Part shown: piece by piece, positions 40,201-55,900 of the stretch | Numbering within the stretch: position 1 is the first letter of the stretch | Layout of the letters: each line of letters opens with the position of its first letter | Assembly: GCA_903813345.2 (NCBI GenBank) | Contig: CAIIXF020000001.1 | Coordinates: 18,352,001 to 18,416,000 of the forward strand | Direction: 5' to 3' | Length of the DNA stretch: 64,000 nucleotides | DNA from: Owenia fusiformis | Lineage: Eukaryota | The notes under the pieces: generated by a model | Told to the model about the DNA's origin: nothing | Seen by the model: the letters and a program-made list of their open reading frames with translations, nothing else | Databases searched by the model: none | Made by a program: the position numbers and the translations under genes

Positions 40201-43200
40201 AATGTGATTATATTTCAATGGCAAGGTATGATTCGTTTCATTGTGCAACTGATGTCTGAAATTCATGGCTTTATTGGTCTCAGTTAGACGCGTTTCTGGA
40301 AGTGAATTTAATTTCTTGATTTATTGTTTCTTATCTGTCTAACTGACTGTATGTGAAGTAATAGTTGGACGCATCCAGAGGTCAGATTTCTGAGTAGCCA
40401 TGCCTGTACCCCGCAAATGGTATTATATTTCTACCAGAGGCAATTAGCGCTAGAAATTACCGAATGTGCATCTGTGTCCGTTGCATCCTCGTTTGGATCC
40501 GAATTCCTTGACTTATCTGATGACAGATCATTTCTGATATACTGTTAGTACATTGGCAAACAATCTCTTTCACGTGTGTAAATAAAATATTGAACAAAGA
40601 AGCAGTACATCATTTGCGGATACTGCAACAGATAAAGCAAGAAGCGAAAAAGAAGGACATGCTACGGCAGTTAGAGGTATTGTGACAGCACTTACAAACA
40701 TCTCCAACTAAGAAGGTAATGTTAGAATATTCTACCTAATTGAAGTTGAAGGCTCGTCAAGTTAACATGCTTGGTTACGCCTGTCTTAACTCAATCCAAA
40801 TGCCAATGGTCGCTCTTTCATTAACCATTTTAATTACAAAAATATTGCATTGGACGTCTCGGATATGCTTCAATGGTCTTTCCAAATTCTCTATTTAAAT
40901 GATTAGATGCTAGATTAAATATGATATTGATAATGAAACGCAACGGATTAACGATAAAGTTTAATTTAAATTGCTTATGAGACAATCTACGCTAGACTGA
41001 TTTTGTCAAACAGAAATCCAATTGAGCTTGTTATATTTCGTCTTGAGAGTTCTATTTGTTAATGGTCTATTTCGTCTGAAGTAAATAATCCAATCTTACC
41101 AGTCTAGTTATCTTGAGATCCAATGCAAATACTATAAATCCCAATTACTTGTTAATAATCAGTTGAATCAGTTAGTTAAGCTGTCCCTCCTTGAATTTCA
41201 CGTCCTTTGTATTTTCAAACAAGTTAAAAACTATTTGAAATTGTGTGACAATTTTTTGATACATTGATAAGACCTGGTTAGTCTCCTTCCATGACAGATC
41301 ATAGGATACCACATCAAAACCCCTAAAGCGAAAGCCTTTCAAATGAAATACTTAGAAGTAAACTTCAAATAAAACGTCATCATCGATAAAATATAAGTTG
41401 GTTCAACTTTGGCTTCTAAAGTTTATCAAAGTTTCATACTACCTGAGGTCGTGTGGTTTTTCCAATGTGAAGGATTCGGAAAATGAGAGGGACCTACATG
41501 GAGGGTATAATAATGGTGCATTTGCATATGAAGGGCTTGTTTGGTAATGTCTTGTCTATTGCTCTATAGGTACTGTATGTGATATTAGCCGCGCCAATTA
41601 AAACACACTCTTCTATTGTTATGCATGAGCAGCTAGCCCACGTGAACTTATATGTCATGTTTTATGCAGTATGTAGCTATAGTATGTAGATGGTAAATAT
41701 TTAGCATAGTGTAACACACATCGAACGCTAGCCGCGGAATTAATACACCAAGCTACTCTGCCGACGGAGATCAAGGTAATTGCATTTTTTGTTCATTTGG
41801 CGGATCATTTGGCATCATACTTTTCTCAAGATTAATGTTGTCGTATCTCCTCTCACTTTCTATGCATATGGCTCCTAGGGCCCGCACCGCGTGAAAGTTA
41901 GTTAAGGTGATGACACCGGTATCATTAGTCATAATTTTATGAGTTGGTGTGTCGAGGTGATCATTGGGAGCAATCCAAAGCATTATTAGTCATCTATAAT
42001 AAGGACCAGAAGTACAATTTGTTCAATTTAGTGGATCGTCAAAGTGCGAGAGATCATCCACACGCAATCCATCATATAAGTCCTTAAGACACACAAACAA
42101 TAAAATTCACTCATTTTTGGGATTTTACTTTTAGTCTGTTTATTTTTGTTTGTCGTGCAAATTTTGCATGGTAAGCTAAATCTTTGCGCCTTTCATCGTT
42201 CATTCTCAAAGTGACATCAAAGGGAGAAGAAGCTCATACGTTGATGTGCATAGTTGATAAGTCAGGTGTAGTTTAAGTTCATATCTTGGTCAGTTGATCT
42301 AGTTGGTCAACGCCTGTTGGGAATAATCTATTGGGATATAATCATTTTAATCCATTACACTAATGGAAAAATAACTTGTAAAATGTATTACAAGGATTTT
42401 GCAAAATCACTCTTAATGAAAACAAACGTCAATGGGTCAATGTGAAATAACATTAACCGGGCTTTTATCATCTTTATGTGATAATAAGCTTACTTAATCA
42501 ACGGTTTGATAGCTTCTAAATTAAATCATCCTTACTAGAGAGGTGTTCATATTAGTTGCCTATTATTGTCTCGTAAACTGTGATCTGTAGATGTTCAACA
42601 GCAAATTAAGCAATCATTTTGTCACCGAATCCACTGATAGGTGGATAGATGCGAAAATGAACGCCGATTATAGCTTCCCGTCGTTTATACGGAATAAACT
42701 ATTTATTGACCAAAAGATGGACACAGTGGTAAAGTGTTCCATAAAACAGCGAAAATAAATAACTAGTAATATTCTCTTATACGGATTTACTTTGATGTAT
42801 TATTTAAATCTCTTTAATCATGCTGTTGTCTTACAGAAGATAACATATTAGAAAAATCAAAGCGATCTGTTATGTTTATTTCATTCAATATTACTGAAGC
42901 TGTTTAAACACATGAACATCTACGAACGAATGATGTATGAAATAACAGCTAAATGCATAAATCGTCCGTTTTAAAAATGGACGTGGTTAAATATTGTACA
43001 CATCAGAATTTATTTTTGAAATGTAGTAGTGTGTTAACAATTGTTATCTGTTTAAAATGATGATTTAAAATCAAACATATAAAGGTTCACTTACCATTTA
43101 CTCCTTTTAAATGCTTCCGTGTCTGGCGAAAAATGTTCCATTGCTAGGGTGATTAGCTGGACCAAACAATCAGTAACCAAAAATAGGGAACTTGAGCAAA

Positions 43201-46200
43201 ATATGGTTTTGTGATAACCCACATGTTTAAACTCATTGTTTGTCAGTGAGAACTTGATGAAACTTGACAAGTTCTCCACATTTGTGATATGGTTTGTTTT
43301 TATGTTAAGATTAGAATGTAAGGAATGTCAGAGAAGAGAGATTATGAAAAAATGGTATAATGATGGGAATGAAATGATGGAAATCATACAAAACATTCTT
43401 CATTCAGGATATGGAAACGTTTGCCACGGAAGCAAGCTTACTTGGCTTTCTTAAACCTTTTGTATTTTCTCACTGCCTCGTGATAATGCATTTTTATGAT
43501 GTGATTCATAACATCTGCAAAAGTGAGAAATCGCGCTTGAATTGTTGTGTTTTTACAGAAAAAGATGGATTAAAAGTGTACCATCTGCCGTAAAGGTAAT
43601 CTTCCCCCATCGATCAAGTTCCAATTAATCCACGTCGCTGTCTATATGATATCACAAATAAGCTCGTCGGAAGCTCCATACAAGACAAAGCCTTTATTTT
43701 TTCATCCTTATGATGAATGACTCTTCCTTATCTGGGCACCGGTTTTGAATAATGGCCAAACAAGACCCAACTCTGGATTACCTGCATCAATAAACCAATG
43801 AATCTCAGAATGAGCACATTTTGACAACAAGAAAACTGATCACATTGCTACATGGCCTTAATAACATGATGGATTATAAGGTTTTAATACCTCCAGTAAA
43901 TAGATAAAAGTGAATGGATTATCCATCAACTAATTTCAAAATGCAACCAATCTGAAATTATTTTTTATAATTTCATTTTGGGATTAAATCACATCCACCT
44001 ACTTAGTTCGTGCTGTATTTGATCTTCATGATTTTAAATATGTTGTGAATTGATTAATGAATTTGTTTAGGTATTAATTGACAAGTTAAATCACTCTTGC
44101 GTATGATTTTGTCAAATATAAAGCCCACGGATTTTAATTGCAATTTTATAAAACTTTGACAGGAATTTTGCTGCAATATGTGACATTTATCTCGTGAGTA
44201 TTTCCTCTTTAGTAGGGAAAGACTTAAAATTGACCTGTATTTTCTAAATTGTTACAATTGAGTCACAAAACCACTTCCTGATGTGGGAGTCGATCCAAAT
44301 ACCAGGATATTATGGGTGTCATTTCTGAATTGATTGCTAAGATGCTAAGATTCCCTGAACTGATCATTACAATCTTTCCCATCGGTACATGTTCTCATCT
44401 AGAATACGAATCAAATATTTGCAGGTGATGTTTTTAATTAATTTTACGATATTTTCCAAAGGGTTTCAGGCGCTAGCGATCTGGTTCTGCTTAAGTTACT
44501 TTGTTCTTCACATCAGAATCCCAAGTTTGAACAATTAATATTTGTGTATTATTGTAGAGTATTGTTTTGTTGTGTCTGAATGGTATATCGGTTGTGTAAA
44601 TAGTATTAGTCATTTGTGTACATGATATATTACTTTCGAAATACGTAGTAAGATATATAAGGGGTAGAAAATGTCGGGTAGCGGAAAATTGATATGAATA
44701 CATCTTGAACATGCATTCTTGGAAATATAGTAGCTTCCATGAAAAATGATTTGTCTTTCGGGTTCGGTTATTTAAGATTTAACGTGAAGAAATGTGTAAA
44801 TTCATGAAAATGATAAAGGTGTAGAGTCACGAAATTGTTAAAATCTCCATGAATATGTTGTTAAATTAAAGCAAGTCAAAGAATGATACTAAACCTTTTA
44901 GAATTTATATTGAAATTATCCATAATTTCATCCATCTGGGTATTTTGAAAACTCGGATAGGACAAGGTTGCTATAAACTGCCAAACAGAATGTCTATGGT
45001 AAAGCGAATTGTCTAATAACCTTTAAAGTTAACAAATACACATCAGTGCAAGAAGACTGAACAATTAATATTTGACAATACATTTCAGGTGTTTTGAAAA
45101 ATGAGATTTTGTTGACCTTTTACACAATAAGAGTGACTGCCATTTTGAAGTGAGCCATTATTATAGATGTACGTTGAAGCATATGCTCTGTGAAATCACA
45201 AATGAAATGTTAGAATTAGATCTTAACTGGAGACTATGAATTTAAGATTTTATTGAACATACGTCAAATGTGATTTATGGAGTTTTTACCGTCGGATGAC
45301 TTGTTTTGGCAGCTGTTATCATTTTAAAAAACAAAACAAAACTTCATTAGATTAACGTTCTCTTCCTGAATAAGATAACATGCAGTTGCTAGTTAACTCC
45401 TTTATTATGTATCCTAAATACTAAACATAAAGATAGTTTAAATGCAGATATGTAAAACAAACATTTCCTGAGATTTACAAATATTTTCTAACCGCAAAAG
45501 CAGGTTGATCAATCTCGTTCTATTTTATTCTATTTTATGTTTTTAATCGTGCCATATCTAATAACAATAACCTGCTGCCATGTTATCATGATATGATATT
45601 TATTGAGGATTTTGTAATTGTTGCATATATACAGTCGATAAAGCAATAATTAATTGCAATAACTTTTATTAATAGTCAGAATGTTGCTGTATTACACTAT
45701 AATACTGGCATAACATGTATCCGTGTATATTTCATATACAATGATATATCATTAAAGTTGGTACACGAAAAATATAAACCATACATGAACTAAAATAAAA
45801 CATTAATCTTATATATTCTTGCAGTCTAAGAATATCAATAAATCGATGGAAAATAGTTGTAATGATTTCATTGGTATGATTTTCTGAAGTTTAGTGTGTT
45901 TCATTTCTTAAATGTTACACTCTGTGCTTTCTCATCATATGCAATAATTACATACATTGGAAATCCTATCAATGGAAATAGAAATGAAATCATAATTCTA
46001 GTCTCGCTCATGTTGCAAACAGAGTCTGGAGCAACTGAACGTTAATTTCTCCTGAGAACTGTAAGTGGTTTCAATACATGATAGCAATGTGGTACATTCA
46101 CAGAATCATAATGGCTAGTTAAAATATTGACTAATTGAATGTGACTCCCTCGAATGATTACAAATAGTGGCACTGAATACTGTGTTCCTACATCAAGCCA

Positions 46201-48238
46201 TTTCAATTTTGATTTGGATCTTTTCTATACAAGTGACATTGGTATGATTTCATCTCCTCAGTATAATACCAGATGGTATATTAAATTGAGTAGATAAGCA
46301 GATAAAATTAGCTTTTGCTATCATGTATACACTGATTTTCATGAAGAATCGTTCCATTCAAATAAGGGTTCCATCGCTAGAATTGCATGTAATATTGAGT
46401 TTTGTGATTTCGCAGATCTTGACTGTCAAAGTATTATGAACTATAATCATCTCTGAACAAACAGGACTGGTCGATGTTTGAGAATCATTATACATCAAAG
46501 GTGATATTTATTCTTTGGAATTATATATCATTATTTTCGACTATCATCCTGCTTCTTGTGTCTCAGTTTCGTTCAACCAATCTCTAGTGTAAACAAAGAT
46601 GAATATTTGCTTCATAAAAAGTAATTAATTTTGATTATTTTCTCACAAGACTCACAATTTGACAGTGTGTATGTTTTGTATCTACAGTAATCATGATTAC
46701 GATATTACATCTGTTAAATTACACTTTCATCTAAACTGATGAGCATGAAAAAGCTAGAATATGAGTTATCAGAGGAATTATATTGGATATTGGTTTTCAA
46801 CTGTTTTTGACAACTTGATAGTATTAAATTACAAATATAGATTTCTGAGATGAGGTGTAATTCACTTGAGGTTAGGGCTTTGATGTCATCTGACAGATCA
46901 AGACTTGAACATAAAACTATCATGCTTCATTCTCTTGGGGCCTCCGACTTTCAACCCAATAAACGGATGACTGGTTGTCCATTTCAGTTTTCCATACTCC
47001 TGAGAGTTTCGTAAAATGATTGACGAAGCGCTAGAAAACCATACATGTGATAATCGTTAATTGTATTCCAAATCCTTCTCACTCATAAACGGAACATAAA
47101 CCAATCATATGAATTACCTATTATTGCTTGATTTGTAGTTTATGAAACGTTTTATTGTATCCGATTTAAATATTCAGGTATAATCAATATTACAAGGGAA
47201 TTTACACGTTAATTCAAGTTTCCATGTGTGTATTATAAAGAATATTTGGCACAGTGGTCGAGACGTTCTCAGACACTCCATGTAACAGCTTTTTAAACAA
47301 ACGAAAGCGAACTAAGTGGTTCTAAATTTATATCATTGATTTTCTAATTTTAACACCAATCATTTGATTTTTGATTTAGAGGTATCGCAGATATTTTTTA
47401 GTGTTATACTCAATGACTTATTTCGGATCTAAGGAATAAAGTATGTAAGTAAGGAATCATATATTCTTCTAACGTGTCAGCATCTAGCATTTGTAAAGAT
47501 GCAAATTACTTAATTACGAGAGATTTATTCAGGATCTATGTATGTAGCATTGCATAACATCCCAGATTTACTCTTTCATCTCTCAGCTCACCATGACAGT
47601 TTGACATCTTAGGCAACTGTAAATATGTATAACTCATCGCCGTATCTGTTCTTATAACGCTAGCCTGGTTATAGAAGACTGATATTTAGAAATCTACAAT
47701 GCCATGTGCAACCAGTATGTCAAGGTTTATTATGAAAACAACAAATGTACGATTGTTCATAATTAAAGAAAATTGGTTAAATTCTCATGATGCTCAAAAT
47801 CAATAGCACTAAACTTTTAGATAATTACATTGCTACATATCGATGATGCGGAATTATATTTCCAATTAAAATAGAAATTGCCTCAGAATATTTCCATTTA
47901 CTTGAGCTATGACTATTGAATCAGATAAGGGGAACCGACAGCTGATATGAAATAATTTTCAACCGATTGTCACAAACTCGTCAAACCTGAAGTTAATTAC
48001 TTCTAGAGAAAGCTTCCAAACAAAGAAATACGAAGAATTTCTAGAATCAATTCGATCGTTAACTGGTCAAGATTTGAAGCCTGTCATAGAGCTCTCAGAA
48101 ATGGTGGGAAAACGTCAAAACACCAGTTTGTAATTCAACGATAAATACGTCAACTTTGTTGTATGAAGTTAGACTGAAAGACATGGTCTTTGTTTATACT
48201 CATTAACAGACTTTCCAAAACAATCTGGACAGATTGTC

Positions 48239-48252
48239 GTTTCCATAGTAAC
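48239..48252. promoter_or_regulatory. RFX X-box motif
   Basis: GTTTCCATAGTAAC. Confidence 0.45.
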
Positions 48253-48581
48253 TGATACCATCGCTATAAACTTTAGCCCTCATCTACCCATATTCTCAAA
48301 GTATTATCGTTTAGAATCGGTCCTCATTGAAACTAATGGAAAAAGAATGCAAAGGAATTGATTAAACTGAGAGAGGGATCTCGCTTGTAGTACTTGTATA
48401 TTCTATTAAGGTCTCTTGGATCTCTTTCTCACTAGCAGGACAATTTAATTTAAGGCATGGACTCTTTTGGAATCCAGATAATCCCCTGTTATCAAAGTTT
48501 AATTTGAAAGGATTTTAACGAAATTATTACTTTAGTTAATGGCTTTGCTTCAGGAAGGTTAGAACGGAGGCTGTGGAGTCA

Positions 48582-48595
48582 GTTTCTATGGCAAC
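48582..48595. promoter_or_regulatory. RFX X-box motif
   Basis: GTTTCTATGGCAAC. Confidence 0.45.
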
Positions 48596-51500
48596 GCCAA
48601 TTCTTTTATTAGACGTATCAGCAGAATTGAAAGGTATTGATTGTCCTGGAAATGCTAGGGAATTAGCCCCGTGACAGTTGAAAAGGAAGACGCGATTTCT
48701 TTGTTTCAATTGATTGAGAGATAACGACCATTCATGAGTTTCTACATCATAATATGAAATTCATATTTCTGCAATATCATGGTCCTATTTATCATGTATC
48801 ATTCCAGTAACAGACTTATCTCAAATGTACCATGTTGTTCACAAGTAAGTTACACATGCCAAAACACTTCTATGATTGTTTTTCATCTGTCCATTCGGGA
48901 AAGTTGATGTACAAGAACAGTTCTGCTTGTTATCGACATAAGATTTCAGCAACTGTTCCATTTTCATCACAGAATAGCAAAACAGCGTGCATCACTTGGC
49001 GTCCGACTGACATTTATGTTACCGATGTTCGTTCGGTTTATTTCCATTGGTTCCTATCTGCATATATGTCGTCTGCCAAAAGAAGATTTTCAAATGCAAC
49101 ATATTCGAAAAGTGATTGTTTCTTAAAACAGCTGCAAATACTTGATTCCTTCCTGCATGCTTTACTATTCGTATTTAGTTTAGAATAAGTGGAAAGAGTC
49201 GTATTGTTTAGAGTTAGTGGTATTCACACCTTTGAAGTATGGGAAATATAGCAGTTGGAGAGTCATGGGTTACAGTAAGTCGTTCTTATTTTGCATGCGT
49301 CTATATAGGCGATCTACTCGAGTCTTAGACAACTATGGTAGACACCATTTTCTCTATCTATTGTTTCGGGAACAATAGAGCGTGATTCGATGTAAACCCT
49401 CACTTCAGCGAGAATTTCTACGCAATTCGGCCTGTCATTTCACCCCTAAGGGCATCATTCTCTCTTTGTCTGTATGCGCACATTGCGAGAAGGCTAAGTG
49501 GTCCATAGTGCTCCATTGGAGGATGGAGAAATTGACGGCTTTGGACCCACTGTTTGTAAGATCTGGCCGGGTGACGAACGGTTGCGACAAGCACCGGGTA
49601 TTCCTAAGTGTCTGCATCCGAAGCTTTATAGAGATCCCAGTCTGTATTATGTGCTCCTGAAATTATCAAAAATACCGTTTAATAATAGATGAGTCATGAT
49701 TTATCACTACCTATGCAATATACATTTTCTATGATACAAAGGTACAACAGTGTGGTTGATGGATTATCTTGAGGTTTTAACATTAACGAAATATAACAAA
49801 TTCTATGCAGATTTGTACCTTTTAAATTTATAACGACATAATCAATACAATGTCATCACTTTCTGTTGATAAACATTAGTTTTGCATTTAGACAAATAGA
49901 GCACCATTTAATATAGCGAGGAACCCTTTTGAAATGTGCGCCATAAAGGAAATTAAACATGGCCGCCAAAAGAACGATCATTATTCATTATAGCTGACAG
50001 TTTTAACTCAAACGCTACTAAATAGCGGATCTTATTACAAACCATGTTCTATGTATCGAAACATTGTTTCTTTTTACACAGTTTCTATTTAATGTTACAG
50101 TTTAGAGTTTTTTATTTTGTTATTCATATTTACTGTTCACATGGGAAAATATACAACGGATCACAGAGTAAAATTAGGATCATCGAAATTAATTTGACAA
50201 TCGTAGCATTGTAAATACAAATACCATTATTGTAAAGTTGTATCCTGACTGTCAACGTTAAGTGGTAGAAATAGTTTGCGACATAAACGGTGCTCTCAAC
50301 ATTGTTAAACACTTACATGTACTAATAACAAATGTTTTAAATCCTGAAATGTATAATATTTGAACTATTTCATGTATGACAACATAACAATGCATGAAAT
50401 GATGGATGAAATAAAATGTATAGAAAAGATGGTCGTTTCCTATGAAGGCTTAATGCAAAGTTTGATATAAATGTCGATATATTCTTTTGATCTTACAGAG
50501 GATAGAAAAAATGTCAGTTCAAATGAATTCATACAAAGGCGAGAAACTGGCCGATGTAGATATTCACTTTGATTTTCCAATTCAATGTAGAATTGAACGT
50601 TATCAGAAGCTTATCATTGATATAACCAACATGGATGTCACTATAATGTGAGAATAAATCATAATTTGTAAGACAGAAAAATAAACAGTGAAAATGTACA
50701 AACTTTTGCGCTAAGCTGTCCAGTAAATATCTCGTCTAGTACAAGTTTCACTTAATAGAGAGCGCTAGGTGTATTGATGTGTAAAATTTTGAACACATGT
50801 AGCAGTTGTCAAAGGCGCGAATATTTAATTGCCAGGGGGTTAAATATTTTCACGTGTATAATACCTTTGACATTTCAATGATTGCAATTATTACGATTGT
50901 TTGAATAATATCCAGACAGGTAAAGACAATTACATTTTGAGAAAGATTGATGCTAAATTGTTAATTACAAAATAATGTTTCTGGATTAAGGGGATTTTAA
51001 ATTAAAACCGTCGATTAAAATTGAAATCAGAATTTTCTAAATGATTGTGATGGTACAAAAGGCACACTTTGGGTTGATTTGATAACAATAGTACTTCATA
51101 CATTGTCGTTTGACCAACGTTCTTCACTTTATATGCAAATTCTCTCTCTTTTACATTTATAAGCCTTTGTTTGTTTAAAACGATAGCGGAACAAATAAGC
51201 AACTCAGCATGTAAGTTTTGACTTATGATTTTTGATAGATGTAGTATGATACAGTTTCTGAAGGTGTTAGGAAGAGACTAGGATCTGTCATTGTACAATC
51301 GTAATTACAGGTAGGCTTCTTGTTTTTAATTTACCTTTCATTTATCATTTATTCTATCGTAGTCATCCCGTCTCCTATGAAGAACTTCGTAGCCAGAAGC
51401 CACGAGTCCAATCTGTAATAGAAATTGTTCATCAAACACATTTCAATCTATGATCGGAATGCTATTCAAAAATACCTAAATTATAACTAAAATGCGATGT

Positions 51501-52917
51501 TTATTTGGGTGGTTTATTTAAATTTTTGTCTCATTTTTGTAATATTGACTAATTGTAATTCTGAAATGTTTACAAGGGTGAGCAACTTTTTAATAATGGA
51601 TATCGATTTTTGACTGAGAAAGTCATTTTAATACGATGATTTTAATTGGATATGTCATGTAGGAAAATGATATGTAAACTTACATAATGTCAAAACCGTT
51701 AATTGAACTAGTATAATCTAAATTGTTGACGGACGGAATAGCAATTTTGACAAGTTTCTGGTAATTCAATCTGAATAAGATTAATTAGGTTGAATTTCAC
51801 TGATTATTTCATCTTAGTGGATCCTAAGGGAGTTCAGGATGGTTGTATGGTGTAGCAGATGCGACCATGTGTGGCGCAGAGAAACTTGTACTAAGCCGTT
51901 GGGACTATGAAACATGGTGCATCATATCACCGAACGCTCATGAGACTGTCAACATGGTCAAAACTCATGCTGAGAACCTTATCCAAAATCTTCGTGATCA
52001 TCTCATTCGAAATTCAGTTTTTATTTGCTTCTCTGTATGCGAACACACAGTTATGACCACAAATTTTAAGTCCAAACAGTGATTACATCTCAAATAACCC
52101 CAAGACTTGTAACTGTGAAATGAACAATTAGTTGAACATCATCAGATTGTATAGATATATTTATAATTCTTTATGCATCTCATCATTTATTCTGACGTAA
52201 GATTGGATTAGATCCTAGTATCCTATAGAAAGTTATCTAGTTCTATACGTGTAGTTTACATTTCTAAAGAATATATAAACACGGCTTACCTCAACAATAC
52301 AATGAACATCGCTGGCAAACATACGAAGACAACTCTCGTCCATACCTCTGCAATCAGACACAGGTAAATATGATTAACTTGGATAATTTTGGAGTTGTTA
52401 TGTTTGTATTTTATCCTGTTGTACAGCTTGATGTTTGAATCGGTATGAGGAGTTTTATTAAGACATTTCATTGTGTACATCTGAGTCGTTTTGCCTCGGG
52501 ATCTCATACATCATTAACCAGAGCAGTTCAACAAATAGTTGAAAATCATTATCCTCATAGTTAAATTAGAGAACATTTTGTGTAAAGTATATCACGTGGG
52601 ATGCAATTTGTTTTATAACTGTTCATTTTGACAAGGATTTTGTATCATGTAAATGGGTGAAGTGATTGTTAATTGCTCTTAATGGTAGCGTCTTCAAAGC
52701 TAGTGGTGATTTCAAGGCCCTCATTAATCATATCTGATCATTAAATTAGATGTTCTCCCAACAAAATGAGAACTAGAAACTCATAAATGCATTTGTAGTA
52801 TTTGCATGGGTCTAATTTAGCCATTTATGAACTTGAAGTAGGAATCAAACAACTCCTTAGTTGTTAACTGGTAGGATCTAGAGAAAAATTGGTAGAATTA
52901 CGCAGATCGAAAATTCG

Positions 52918-52931
52918 GTTTCCATAGTAAC
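52918..52931. promoter_or_regulatory. RFX X-box motif
   Basis: GTTTCCATAGTAAC. Confidence 0.45.
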
Positions 52932-55900
52932 GAAATAAAAGTGAGGGGCTTTAAAACCTCTGCAAACACGTAACTGATTTCAGCCTCAAATATAATACAT
53001 GCATTATGCAGATTAAGTAAATATTATATATTGACATTAGATAGAATATGGTGAGAAGAATAATATGGTATGATAATGGACAAACACAATGAGACACTAA
53101 CAGCTATACAAAGATACATTTTTAATTCAATTGCGAACAATAGACGGCAGCACAGGTGAAAATTTTGAAATGAAGCCCTGAATCGAAAAATGAACAGTTG
53201 GCTGGTAATCTTTGATCTACTTTGCAGTATCTTGATGTGGTATACACGCAGAAATACAGAAAAGATAAAACAAAACTTTAAAACGGTTCACTCTTCCCGA
53301 AACCACCGCGGCCATTTGAAATTCTTTGTGATGTGACTCGGAGGACTCCAGAACACGACATTTCAACTCATATGAGTTCCTCAAAGGACATCAAAGTCTT
53401 ATCAACAAATGTTCAGTTTCAAAAACGTCTTTCTAACAAATCCTAGCCATTTTGAGAAATACTGTTGCGCGCTGTAAAGATGCTGAGTGTATCGGTAGAT
53501 TAGGATGATGATGTGTCATAAATAGTACACCGGACAACAGATATGATCAATTGGCGTCATAAAACCCCTATTTGCAGTTTACTACTGAATGAAGCGTATC
53601 TTTGTCTCATTGAAGTGGCGTTTAATACCCCATATAAAACAATAATATGTTAATTGCTTCAACATAATGCGAAATGATATTCATATAACACCAGACAGTC
53701 TCGTTTACAGATCGATCCATTGCAAACAATATGGACTCACGAAATTAATATTAAGTCAGAAGGCTGAAATGATCAATCTCCTTTTAATTATTGCTTAACA
53801 ACAAAACACAGCTCGATCACGAATTTTTTACAACATTTTGCAAAATAGCCTAGCCTTATTTTAAAATTGTAATCATAAGAATAACTTTATTATTTAGATG
53901 ATAAATCAGCAAACTAAATTGTTACCTTACGCTGTTGTGTTAAGTACCAATGTTCAAATTGCGCATTTCATGGCTGTATCTGCGTATAACTAGTCCAAGA
54001 ATTTAAATCTGATTTGTGTTTTAGTTTCTTTTTGTTTTAATTTCTGTGTAGGCCTGTCTTCCTTAGAAGAATAACTGAGGAGAGTAGACCAGGGAGGCTA
54101 GATGTACAGAATTAAAGCATCATTAATATCATCCCTGTCACAACCCGATATTAGAAGGCTGTGGCTTTCAACCGAAAATTTCCAAAAAACAGATCCATAT
54201 TGAATACCTGCAAATTCCCCGCTATCCTAAAGTTCCAGGAAAATTGCGAAAAATATATCACTGCAAGAATTCAGGGTCTATTTTGAGATTTCACTTGATA
54301 CTTAATTTGATTTAAAAGAAAATAAATTAAAAGGTTACTTTTTGGGAAATCTGATGTTTTGGCAACCCATTTGACCTTTGTAGGCGAATAGGTACAGAAC
54401 CATAAATCATCCTAGATTGTGGTAGCATGCTATGGGCTGTTTTGACTCATTTTTCATTTTAACACACCGTTTGTAACCTCTCTATAACACGCACATATGT
54501 GTATGTTGTGATGAGATTTTTGAATTTTCATGTTAAAATACTATGTTCTTGATGGGGGTCATTGATTTTAAATTTTTCCAACCCGCAGAAAAATCATTTT
54601 CAGAATACTCAAAGCAAGTAAAATAGAAGTTCTAACAATATACAAAAATAGTGAAAATATATTCAAATGCATAATTTAATGAGCATCTGTTGTAAGATGT
54701 TTGCTAGCTAACTGGATTGGAAAACCGTGTTTTGAAGTATAACATGTGTTTTAGATGTTCACTGAAAACCGACGTGCTGACAGCATCAATTATTTTTGGG
54801 TAGATGCTGGTAAAGATGAACAGTGAAACGGAATAGTTGCTGTATTTTTGTGACTCGAGTTATTGACAATAACACATGTATAACATAGCAAAAGTTTTAC
54901 TATAGTAGTGTCATCCATTTTTGCTGAATTGGGAAATTATTCGGATATGATTTGTTAAGGCAAAGTTAAGGCGCAAATTGATCTAAGAATCGTGAGACAA
55001 GACCCATCTAAATGGTATACCTGAAAAAAATAAAATAAAATTGTAAAAAGTCGAATCTAAGTGTATATAAGAGTGAAATTGACATTGTAGGCAGGGTGTA
55101 ATACTTTGATTTGTGTAGCCTGTGCATGGATAGGGTCATATAACAGTCATAGGGGTTGTGCAATGTTTGTTATGTTACCTTCCCTGGGACTGCATCTGTC
55201 AGTAACTATATCTTGGAAATATATCTCAGTTGAACTGACTTCACATTTGATTGACCGACCATATTGATGGAGTCACGAAATGTTTATTATTCTGTCCGCA
55301 TTACGTGTTAGTCACAACCATTACGGGTATTGTTCTTCTATTCTGTGTCTGATTCCAAAGATTTCTCTCGGTAATCTATGTGGATTTAAACATTTCAATT
55401 GCAGCAAAGGTTTAGATTTTATTTAATCTTTATCCCCTATACTATCTATTTCCCCGACGAACACACCAAGGGTTTATTATCATGAAGACGCCGGTATCTG
55501 ACTTACAGTATTAGTATTCTGTTAATTCTCATGCCAAATTATTTATTTGCAGTTTCATTTCTTATGGTTTAATGCCACATTGTGACTCCTTTCTCTAATC
55601 TACCACAACCATTCACAAGAAGCAGGTCTCATTTATCAAACTTTGTCAGCCAAACCTTTTCTTTAATATCTTTATGTCTAATCTGGAACTTTATACCAAA
55701 ACCACATAACTACGCAATCATCTAACTCTGTGCATTTTCGGGTATATCTATAAATTGCATACAGCGGTTCACCATGCTCGCAAAAGTAGAAAAATTATTG
55801 AGAAACTCAAAGGCAAAACAATGTGGAGCATGTAACATAATACAAGCAAATAGTTGATTGTTTACTAACTGCATTTTTTAGATTTTTGTAATTGATTGTC

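Noticed and set aside
42276-42292. DR5 retinoic-acid-element-like AGTTCA-N5-TGGTCA (similar at 16311 and 13551)
   Set aside because: Each has a mismatched half-site. I found no perfect RGKTCA-N5-RGKTCA by eye, and one-mismatch hits are expected by chance.
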